This document shows positions 36,177-46,800 of a stretch of DNA of 64,000 bases, one piece after another. How positions within the stretch are numbered: position 1 is the first letter of the stretch; every line of letters starts with the position of its first letter. The position numbers were made by a program, and so were the translations under genes. Source of the stretch: Prasinococcaceae sp. CCMP 1430 (taxonomy: Eukaryota > Plantae > Prasinodermophyta). The stretch lies in the NCBI GenBank assembly GCA_013416795.1, contig RQSC01001393.1:99721-163720 (forward strand), read 5' to 3'. Under the pieces are notes generated by a model. It saw nothing but the letters and a program-made list of their open reading frames with translations, was not told the DNA's origin and made no database searches.

Positions 36177-36404
36177 GCACGCACGCGGGGCGGCGGGCCG
36201 CTCGGCCCGGGACCCCGGCAACCCCGGCTGGGGCCGTACCAGTGACTCGCTCGGGGCGGGCACCCGACGCCTCGCGCGCGGTCGGCGAGCGCCGCGGAGT
36301 GTGCCCGCGGAGCGCGGTGCGCTGACCCCTGCCGCGCCTTGCGCCCCCTCGCCGTGGGCCCCGTCCCCCGCTCTCCCTACCTGCTGCCCCGACCGCGCCC
36401 GCAG

Positions 36405-38051
36405 GTGTCCGCGCTCAAAGCGGCGTGCGGCGATCAGAGCCGAGTGCTCTGCCTGTTCGCGCACGACGACGGGCGCTGGACGGTGGACGAACCCAGCCCG
36501 CAGGTGCCGCCCGATCTGCCCGAGCCTGTGCTCGGGATCAACCTCGTGCTGCCCGCGATGCACGAGGCCAACTGGCTCGACTTTCTCGCCGCACACAGCG
36601 AGGCCTGGCTGCTGAGCACGGCCATGTTCCGCGCGGCGCAGTGCCGACCCCCGTGCGGCAAGGACGAGCGGCGGGCGCTCTTCCACGCCATCAACGGCGG
36701 CCCCTCGCTGGTGGACGAGGTGCGCCGCGCCAATGGGACCATGCCAGCCGCGCCGCCCCAGCAGCAGGCCGGGGGCGCCGGTGCTGCCGCGGCCGGCGGA
36801 GATTCTGCGGCCGGGGAAGGCAAGGTCGGCGGCGGCAAGGCCGCCAAACAGAGCAAGAAAGCCAGCAAGGAGAAATCAGCCGCGGCCAAGCTGCGGAAGG
36901 CAGCAGAGCAGCAGCAGGAGGAGGCAAGAAAGATCAACCCCAACGCCAGAATCGATCCGGAGGAGGAGTGGTGGTTCGACCCCACGCGTAACGAGAACAC
37001 GTGCCGCGTGTGCAGGAAAATCTACCGCAAGGGCGAGTTCTGGATCTGCTGCGACAAGTGCGAGGCGTGGTTCCACGGCTCGTGCGTGGGCATGACCGAG
37101 GAGCGCTCGCTACAGATGGATCACTTCTACGGCCCACCAGGCGCGTGCTGCGTGCCACTGCAGAGCCGAGCGGAGGCCAGCGTGCCGTACTGCAAACCGA
37201 CCCACGACAATGGCGACGACAAGGGCAGCGGCGACGGAGCAGGCGGCGGCGGGGCAGGCGGCGGCGGGGCGGGCGGCGGCAGCAGCGGTGGCGGCGACGC
37301 GAACGGTCACCACAGCGGCGCTGGCGCCAATGGCGCTACCGCCGACGGTGACGGTGGCAACACCGACGCGGATGCCGGTGGCGCCGACGCCGGCGGGGCA
37401 GGCACCAGCGCTGGTGGGGACGGCAGCGGAGGCGGCGCAGCGGCGACGCAAGGGGATGATAATAAGGCTGCAACTGCGTCGGGGGAAGGAAGAGCCGAGG
37501 ACGCTGGCGGCGCCCAGAGGGACGGCCCAGTCGCCACCACCGCTGCTGGCGTCGATGCGCCTGCTGATAAGGGCGCCGGAGGGAGCGTGGCTGCGACGAA
37601 GAAAGCTGGGAGCGATGGCGGCACGACCACGCCGGCCGACGGCGAGGATTCAGCCCGTGGCGCCGATGGAGCTGGCGCTAGCAAAGAGCGAGCGGCTGCC
37701 GCTGCCCAGGTGGGGAAGAGGAAAAGAGCAGCGGAGGGCGAGGCTGAGCCCTCGAGGGAAGGTGGGACGGCGCCGTCGACGGCGCCGTCGTCAACGAGAG
37801 TGGCAGCCTCAGCCAATGGCGGCGCATCGATCTCGAATGGCGCGCGTGCCAAAGGCGCTGCAGCGGCCGTTGCATCCGCCGGCGAGGTCTCCTTAATAGC
37901 TGCCAAGGCGCTCGAGGCCGCCCTCGAGGCTGAGGACGCTGACGTAGGTGTGGGGAGTGCCGACGAGATGGACGGTGGCCTCTCGGACTTGCCGGCCGAC
38001 GCCGCTGGTGCACTCGCGGGCGCGCTCGGCATGCCTACGCTCTGGGCGTGA
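36405..38051 (+). CDS. Alfin-like PHD-finger protein (PAL/DUF3594 + PHD); 5'-partial
   Basis: LCLFAHDDGRWTVDEPSPQVPPDLPEPVLGIN..WLDFLAAHSEAWLL is the Alfin PAL domain; CRVC..FWICCDKCEAWFHGSC is the PHD. Acceptor CAG 36402-36404, branch GCTGAC 36321. Confidence 0.88.
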   Translation: MSALKAACGDQSRVLCLFAHDDGRWTVDEPSPQVPPDLPEPVLGINLVLPAMHEANWLDFLAAHSEAWLLSTAMFRAAQCRPPCGKDERRALFHAINGGPSLVDEVRRANGTMPAAPPQQQAGGAGAAAAGGDSAAGEGKVGGGKAAKQSKKASKEKSAAAKLRKAAEQQQEEARKINPNARIDPEEEWWFDPTRNENTCRVCRKIYRKGEFWICCDKCEAWFHGSCVGMTEERSLQMDHFYGPPGACCVPLQSRAEASVPYCKPTHDNGDDKGSGDGAGGGGAGGGGAGGGSSGGGDANGHHSGAGANGATADGDGGNTDADAGGADAGGAGTSAGGDGSGGGAAATQGDDNKAATASGEGRAEDAGGAQRDGPVATTAAGVDAPADKGAGGSVAATKKAGSDGGTTTPADGEDSARGADGAGASKERAAAAAQVGKRKRAAEGEAEPSREGGTAPSTAPSSTRVAASANGGASISNGARAKGAAAAVASAGEVSLIAAKALEAALEAEDADVGVGSADEMDGGLSDLPADAAGALAGALGMPTLWA

Positions 38052-38183
38052 GGCCCGTGGCGACTTCTTGCTATGCAGGTGCCTACCAGGCCATCTCAGC
38101 AGTGCGAGCTCCTCGGACCGCACTCCATGTCTCACGGGGCTCGAAGCGCGAGCGCTCTTCCTCGCACGCGCGCACGCGCGCGC

Positions 38184-38214
<31 letters not shown>

Positions 38215-38812
38215 TTACGCGCATCAGCGTGCGCAAATCATTTAGGTCGCTGCCGCGCGCTCGCTGTCGCTCCGGGCACGCGAGTGAGGGCGGAACTCTC
38301 GGCATTGGGAAAGGCGGCGTCCGTGGGACGCGCGCGCGACGCGCGTGAACCTGCTTCATGTGCGGTTAATCGCCTGCTTTGATCCGCTCACTTCCTCGCA
38401 CTGCCTGCCTGACGCGGGCCCCGCCCGCGAGGCTTGCTCAGCCGCCCCCTTGCCATCCGCCTCACCGGCCTCCACCTACCGCGTACCGCGCGGCGAGGCG
38501 AGGCGAGGCGAGGGAACGCTGCGCGAGGCGCCCCGCGCGCCTGTGCCCCACCCCCGGTGAGAATTCCAATGAGAGAGAGAGAAAAAAAAAACGCCGCTGC
38601 GCTGCAGCCTCCGGGCACGCTCGCAGGAGGGGGAGGGGGCATGCAGCACGCGAGGGCACGCCGCGGAGGCCGAGCTGTGCGCGTGGCGGGCCCGCGATCA
38701 CGCGTCTGTGCGGCGGGGGGGCGCGGCGAGGCGGGGTCGTGCTCGGCGCGCTCCCGGTTGGGCGCTTTGACCGGTCCGCCGCGCTGCGGGTGCGCGGCGC
38801 CGGGAAAATGCG

Positions 38813-41800
38813 ATGGCGCCGGCCGCTGGCATTGCTGCGCGCCACACGGCAGTACGCTCGCAGCGCGCTCTCGAGGCCGCTGCCTCCCACTCCTGGCACA
38901 CCTCCGACGCCGCCGCGGCGCGGCGCGTGGGGCTCGCGCTGAGCGGCGGCGGCTTCCGCGCGGCGCTCTTCCACGCTGGTGCCATCGCGCGGCTCGCCAG
39001 AGCGGGTGCGCTCGGCGCCGTTGAGGTACGAAAGGAGTGCCGGGCGACGCCGGGGCGTCATGCGAGAGGGGAGGGGACGGGTGACAGCGAACGTGTGCGC
39101 CCTTTGCGACATTGTGCTGATGATGATCGGCATGAGCAGAAACTGCCACGGTGTCGCGCTGACGGTTGTCGTCATCTTCGCTAATACGCGTTTACCCCTG
39201 CTCGCCGCGCGTCGGCGATGGCCTCATCGATCGGTGCTCTCGGCGCGTGCTCGCGCTCGGCAGGTCATCAGCACCGTGTCTGGCGGTAGCATCGCGGGGC
39301 TGCTGCTACACCTCCTGCTGAAGCGCCTGCTGGAGACGAAGCGCGACGAAGAAATTACCCGTGAAGGTACGCATTGTCGCATCCTGCTTGCGTCGAGAGA
39401 CCGCTACGAGTAGTATCAGTTGTCTTTTTCGTCGCTGGTCCTACGTCATAGACAGAGCTTATGAGGCGACGTCGTAGCTGACAGGGCCTCTGTGTGACAC
39501 CGTAACTTCGTCGCGCCCTCGCTGCGCCCGCGCCTCTCAAGACTACGTGCAGGTCGCGGAGGAACTCTGCCAGAGGTGCGTCCGTGGCTTCGTCGCAGCG
39601 CCGCGTCCTTCGTGCTCGTCTGGACGTCTGCCCGTGCGCGAGACCATCATGTTCTGACAGCTCAGCTGCTCACGCGCATCGCCGCGGGCGCGCTGGCAAT
39701 GGCACACGCACGCAGGCTCTTTGCACTGACGTCCCGCGGCGTGATGTGGGCGGCGGTGGGCCATCCCCGCGATGCTGTGCTAGTGTCATTTGAGCTGTCG
39801 GGCGAGCATTCGCGCCTGGACACGATCGCGCGCCAGATCCGCAAGTATTTGTACGAGCCGCTCGTCGAAGAAATGGAGGCCGAGCAGGCTGCTCGACGCG
39901 AGGAACACCGTGGCGGCGGAAAGGAGGACGCGCGCGACTCGGCGGAGACCACCCGCGCGGACGCAAGCCCCCTCGACACACTCGAGGGGTTGAAAATACA
40001 GCCCAAAGGCGCCCCTGATGGATTTGAGCCGGGCCAAGATAACTCCGCACGGACGAACAAGGTGCCCATACTGCTGATGAATTGCACGGTGCTCAACGAC
40101 TCTCACCGCTGGGTGTTTTCATCCGTGGGCTGGTGTGGCGAGGTGGTGGGGGACTCGCCGCTCGATCATAACCCGCCACTTCCTCGCGTGTGGTACGCCG
40201 ACATGCCTGAGCGTATGGTGCGACGACTTCACCCCGCGCTTGCGGCTGCGGCAAGCGCGGCGGTGCCGGGTGCCATCAATCCGCTTGAGCTCAAAGGCAA
40301 AGACCTGTGGCCACAGGGAGCGGCGACTGCGTATGGGGCCGCCAGCAAAAGAAGGGTGTCTGTCGGCGGTGGTGGCAACGTCGGAAATCGCTCCGAGTCG
40401 CCGCCCGCTGACCAGGAGGAGATGCGGCCTCGCCGCGCCGCCTCTGGCCACGCCTTCGGGCGCCGCGTGCACAGTGCCAAGAGCGGCAAGCTGGATTCGT
40501 ACAGCGAGCGTTTACGCAAGTGCTCGCTGGCACTCGCTGATGGCGGGGCGAGCGACAACACGGGCATTCAAACGCTCCTTGACGCGGGGTGTGACCTGCT
40601 CCTCGCCTCAAATGCTGGAAGCGGGGCGATTTGGCAAAGCGTCCCTTCGTCGCTCAGCTCCAACCTCTCAGCAGGGCTGCGTGCGCTCGTGACGCTACGC
40701 GCGAACCTCACGAAGGTCGTTGTCGACCGTGCTGCGAGTCAAGCAGCGCTGGTAGTCCACGTAGGCTTGAGCTTCTCACGAAGCTCCGAAGCAGCGTGGT
40801 TCCGCCCATCCCGTGCTGCGGCGTCGCACAGAATCAACACGCAGGGCAATCACCGCGCCGGACTGCACATACTTCAGTCCGCGCGCGAACGAGCGGACTC
40901 TTGGGAGAGGGCGGTGATGCGTGACGATGCCTCGTCCCCGTCACTGACCATGGCCGACGGAAGCGACACCCAAGACAGCGGCACTGGGGACACCACTGAC
41001 GGCGTCGTGCAGCACACGCAGGATGGCGTGGAGGAAGAAGTGGCTCCGGAGCTACTTCGCCCTGCACGGCCACTTTCGAAGGACGTGCTCAACGCCGTGC
41101 GCGTGATGCGCACTGCGCTGGATAGTTTTAGCGAGGTCGAAGCTTGTTCTCTGGCCGCAGTTGGCTACATCGAGTGCGGAGGGCAGCTCGCGCGCCACGC
41201 GGAGCAGCTCGTGGCGCTGCTTGGGCCTCACGGTCACCGCGGCCGATTGCTGGAACCGTCCACTGTCGCCGAGCAGGAGGCGCGGGTGCGAGGCGTTGCC
41301 TGCGCACACTCAAATGGTAGGACTACGAAGGTCATTCGCGCGTTCAACAAGAGGGAATCTGCCGCGCTGTCGCTGGAGGAACAGTGCCCACGCAACGGCG
41401 GCAGGGGTGAAAACGGAGCCAAGAAGGGTTTCGCCCCGGCCGTTGCAATCGCAGAGGTTGGGGCGATGCCTAACAACGCTCCAATCGTGAGCGATGAGGA
41501 CGCGTCAGAGGACAGCGAAAAAAGTGCTGTACCCTCCGGCAAGGCCACGACGGGCTCAGATGGCCTCGTGGAGGAGTGCGTGCCCTTTGCGTTCTTGGAG
41601 ATTGCCCCGCTACTCCGCGGGCGCACTAACCGCGCCGATGAAGAACAGGGCAGCAGCGGCTTCTTCTACAGGGCGAGCGCACCGTTGCGCCGCGTTGTGC
41701 GTCGCGCACGCGCAACGCGCGCGCGCAACGCCTCGAGCGACGACGGCACCCGGCGGGCGGCGCAGGACGTACTGATGCAGCTTCGCGCGGGATCCTCCCA

Positions 41801-43431
41801 GATATTTCGCCACCACAAGCTCTACCCGTGGCTGGGACGGCTGTTGCTGCTACTGGTAGTTTGCTGCGTGCTCGCAGCGCTCGGCGTGATCATATGGGTC
41901 ATTGTTGACCAGTTCTGGGACTATCCCAATCGCGAGTCGGTCCGCAGCTGGGGGAACTCGGTGCTCGGTCCGGTTGCAGAGGACATCGAGCAGACGATGA
42001 ACCAACAACTACTCGACCCCGCCACTCGCGCCTTCAGCCTGTACCAATTCATGGCGTTCATTTTCGGTGACAGCGTCAACGACGCAATCGCCGACATCAT
42101 CGCAGACAGTAACTTCACGACCTCCAACTTCACCGTCGAGGACTTCGTCGAGTTCCTCGAAATGGACAACGTTACGCTGGCCCCTTCGGTAGACCTGAAT
42201 TTCACAATGGATGGATGCGTGCCATACGTCGAGGGGCAGTTTGCCTTCACAGTCGTGGACTCTCTAGGGCTCGTATCAAGTGAGGGCTCAGTCTTGGAGA
42301 TACCGGCGAAATTCAGGGAGAGCTTCGGGTGAGTCGGCGCGCCGCCGACTGGCAAGCGGCCATAGCCCACTACTCACGGCGCGAACGATTTGCCTCTGCC
42401 GGTCTGAGTGCCCTCGTCTCCCTGCTGACTCTCACTCATGGACCTGCCATGTGTCCGTATCGCCTGGGCAATTTAGGAACTTCTCGTGCCGAATTCAGAT
42501 GGGAGTCAAGGGGCCAGGCGCCAGCACGTGCGGTTTCGACCTGTTTGACTATAGCCAGCCGTACGCGTACCTCGTCGATGTGACTGCGGAGCAGTGCGAG
42601 GCCTTCCAGGACGATGAAGACGCTTTTTTGTCTCTGTTCCTCGCATTCGTTGACTTTCAGGTGCGCAATCTCTTCACGCGTGCGCCGCCCTCGTAGCGCT
42701 CGTTGCAACGCTTCCTTCCTTCGAGCACTTGGGCACCCCCGTGGCCCGCTACCCTGCGGCTTCGAATTGCTCTGTCTGTCGCGCAATCGTTGACGCAATA
42801 TCTCACGTGCATGCACCGTCCGGTAATGTGCGCGCGCGCGCACCGCTGACGCAACGATGCAAACTGCGAATGCCGCGCGCAGTGCCCTGCTGGCGGAGGA
42901 CAAGGCGCCGCGACCATGAGCTTAGCTCGCCAGTACAACGACAGCTGCTTTCCTGTGCCATCCACCATCGAGGAGCTCAGTACTGCTATCGGTGCGAACA
43001 ACGCGAGCGCGGACCCTTTTGTGAATGGCGGTGGGGTGACGACCTGCCAGGCCCTTCAAACATTTGAGGAGGAGTCGATCTGCGAAGACTGGGACAACCG
43101 CACGATCTCTACCGTAAGCCTTGTGCTCATCGTGCTGCTGGGAAGCGCCTTCTTGCTCGCAAGCAAATTTCTGCCGTACGCTGGCTGGGGCACCGCCTTG
43201 ATCATGTGCTGCGTGCAGCTGGTGCGTACCTTTGGGCCGCGCGTGATGTACAAAGTTACGTGCAATCGCACCCGCTCCTGTGCTGACGATTGTGCACGAC
43301 GATGGTCACTGTTGGCCCATGCAATTGCCTCGTAGGTGCTGGCGTGGTCCCACCGCTACATGGTCGAACCGCTCACCCGTCGACGAGGCTCCATGGAACG
43401 CCTGCGCAGTCTATGGGGCGAACGAGGGTAG
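38813..43431 (+). CDS. Patatin-like phospholipase with a C-terminal two-TM, glycosylated-loop extension
   Basis: GLALSGGGFRAALFHAG, nucleophile elbow ISTVSGGS, LADGGASDN. Inferred exons 38813-39025, 39264-39366, 39542-39575, 39716-42328, 42477-42660, 42883-43221 and 43336-43431, all GT-AG and phase-consistent. Confidence 0.8.
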
Positions 43432-43865
43432 CCGCTTCAACCGACAGAGCGGTGGCAGTGCGCACGAAGAGACGTACCGTAGCTAGAAAGCGAGAGCGCG
43501 GTCGTCGTGGCACGCGCGCAGGCTCGCTCGCTCGCTCGCTCGCTTGCGCTCGCGTTCGGGGAACCGAAAGCGAAAGCGAAAGCGAAAAAAGTGAGCCAAC
43601 GGACCACACAGTGATTAAACAACAAGAAGTATTATCAATGTATCCAACGGGCCAAGCACAGAGGCGACTGACGTGTGGCGTGTGGCGGGGAGGGGGGAGC
43701 CGCGGGGGCGTCGCACGGCCCTCTTACACCACGAGGTGGCCGCCCCCGCGCCCCCGCGGCTGCTTCTGGGGGCGCGGCGCGCCAGGCCGCGCACGCGCGC
43801 GCACGCAGCGCGCGCGCGCGCGCGCGCGCGCGAGTGCGCGTGCGACGCGCGCGCGAACGCCTCCC

Positions 43866-46800
43866 TCACAGGGGCAGGCGCCGCGTGACGGCGTCCATCC
43901 ATCGCCGCTTGCCGCTGATTATCCACCGCCGGGCCTGCGATGCTGTCCTCGGCCGCTCGTACGGACTCGCGCGCGCCTTGAGGAGCCGATCTTCGGCAGC
44001 CGCGATCCGCGCGCCGAGCAGTCTGGCGCGCGCCTCGCCTGCGTCGGCGGCGCCCGAGCGCGACGCAGCGAACTCCGCGAGGAACGCCTCGAAGGAAAAG
44101 GCGAAGAGGACGCGTGTAGCAAGCACCGCCGGCGCCGCGTACGCCACGAAGAAGAACACCTGCGCGGGCTCGCTCGTGCCGGCCACCATGCCATCTTTGA
44201 CGATGTGCCAGTCGTTGCCGCACAGCAGCTCGAAGAGCGTCACCAGCGCGCTCGGCCAGTCGGCGAACGAGTTGCGGAAGTACGCGCGCGCTTCGTACTC
44301 GGTGCCGGCGAGCGCCGGGTTCAAAGCTTCGCACGGTACCACGCCCTCTCCGCCGCGAACGTAGTGCAGGTAGCACGGGCGGTCCGACACGCGCTCGAGC
44401 ATCCGCTCGACCATGACGCCATCATCCGCGTCTAGCCAAAGGCCCGTTTCTGTGTCGGTGCACACCAGCGTCCGGTTGGCCTCGCCACCGAGGTACGGCA
44501 CCTCCACGGCCCTCAGGGCGCGGTCACAGTACTCCAGGAGATCAGACGCCTCAGGCACGAGCCGCACCGCACCGCGGAACACGGCTACACCAGTGAGCGC
44601 CACGATGTGCAAGAAGCCGCCGATAGCCAGCGCGAACGCGCACATGACACTCGCAAGCCCCTGAAAGGCACGCCCGAGGGTGCGGAAGCCCACCACCGAC
44701 GAGCCCATGTTGACGATGCGCAGACACCGCAGCAGAGGGAAAAAGTTGACGAAGCCAGCGCTCGCACCAGCCGCCTTCGCCACGTCCAGCACGGCCGACA
44801 CCACGATCACCGCCGCGTCGAGCGTGCCCCACAGCTCGAGCCTCAGAACGGGGTGCACGCGCGCGGCAATCTTGGCGGCCAGCTCGAGCGCGAACGCCAT
44901 CGAGAACAACACCGCAACGGCATTTACGGCCGTGCTGTCGTCATCGCGCCGGTGGACGCCCACGCGCACGGCGATCAGCGCACCCTGCATGATGAGCGTG
45001 AGAATGACGCCCACCTCGAAGGCCGGACGTGTCACCAAAGTTCGCAATGGCTTCAACCGAGCGGCCGTCTCCTTCGTCGGACGCGTCAGCGTGCCCTCAG
45101 CGCATTCGAGGCGCATGGGGTGCTCCAGGAGTTCGACCAGGCTGCCAAACTGCTGGGCCGATAACATGAGGTGACTGTCGGGCATATGCGTCTCATCCGT
45201 GCCGTTCGCTCCATTCGTGCCCTCACCAGCCGCAGTCGTGACCCCGGGTAACGCGTTGGCACCCACGGTGGCGCTACCCGGCCTTGCCCTGGCCGCTAGG
45301 AAGAGGACGTCGGCAAGCTCTGCTGGCGTGGAGCTCGAGCGCATTGGTTGGCGGGAAGCGGCGTTGAAGCTAGTCAAGCGCCTCAGCGAATGACGCGCGT
45401 CGGCGCCGATGCTGCCATCAGATCCCGCCGCCGCATCCGCTGCCTGCAGCGCGAGGGTTGCGAAGCGGGAGTCGATCTCCTCGAGGTGGGAGAAGACCCG
45501 ACGCCACGCGTACAGAGGCAGCCCGGAAGGCCTGCCGTCCTCGCTGTCGCCGCAGGCCTCAGTCTTGCCACCCTCGCCTTCGTGTAAAGGAAGGCCACTG
45601 CTGAGCTCCTCAAATATGGCGTCGAGCACCTCCTTGCGCCTTCGTGCCAGCGTTGCAGCGCGGGTCTGGCATGAGCCCACCAGCGCGGCATAGACGGCTG
45701 CGTCGAGGAAGAAAGTGAGCACGAATGCTGTGAGCACCACAAAGGCCATGAAGAAGAGCGCGTTGGGCCACGCGTACGAGTAGTATGGCATCATGACGGC
45801 TGGGAAGTTCGAGAGCGTCGATGCCACTCCGAAAGACTCGAGTGCATCGTGATAGGAGCCGAAGCCCTCGAAAACGAAGCCCGCGGAGTCAGTGAGCGTG
45901 CTGTAGCCAGCGTACCCCACCAGCGCGAACAGAACGGCCGCGGCAGCAACCACGGCCATTACGCGCAAGACCGCCGGCGCGCATCGCGCAATCGTGGCGG
46001 AGACGAAACGCGACTGCGTCGTAGAACCCATGAGGAGCACCGCGCGGATGTATCGCCCCGGGCGCCACACGACGTAGTCGATGTACTCTTTCTCCGACAC
46101 GCCCGCCGCATGCACGACAAGCAATATTGCGCCCTCTATTGCGGCCAGGACCACCGCAGCCGTCTTGAGCTTTGGCCACACGCCCGCGTCGGTGCGCGCG
46201 CGCATGGCGAGGAAACAGTCGGCGCCATGGACGCCCAGCAGTAGTAGCTCCACGAAAAGGATCCACGCATCTGCGCTCGGCGACCATTTCGCACCACCGA
46301 GGATGCCCGCCGGTCGCGGTCGCTCCCACACGCACAGGCTGATTAGAAGCAGTGTGGAGGCGACGACGCACGTGCGCCACGCGCGACTCGTGTATACGCG
46401 GTAGGACGGCAGCATGGCCGCGCTGAGCAACGGAGGGGGGAGGCCGCGATGTAGGGCCCACAGGTGGACTGCCGCCTGTCGCTCCCTAGGCAGGTCGTCG
46501 GCGAACACGACCTTCTTGCCGACGGCGGCCGCAGCGGCGGCGAGCACACGCTTGCGCGATGCCTGCGCCTTTGCGGGCGTATCCGCCAGCGGCACCGCGC
46601 ACAGCGGGGTCGACGGCACTGAGACAGCTCTCAGGCTCGCGCGTGGCGTGTTCTGAGGGCTTGGATAATCGCTATCCCCAGCCGAAAAATCAACCGTGGG
46701 GGGGCTTTCGACGCACACTTCCTCGCCTGCATCAGCCGCGAGAGGCACGGCCCGCGAGGGCAAGTCCTCCGTAGCAGCACGCGCTTCCATGTTTCGCGCA

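Noticed and set aside
39100-39165. ATGATGA...CTGA in patatin intron 1 as a snoRNA
   Set aside because: Only ~45 nt between the boxes, no terminal stem, and the CTGA may be part of a branch point.
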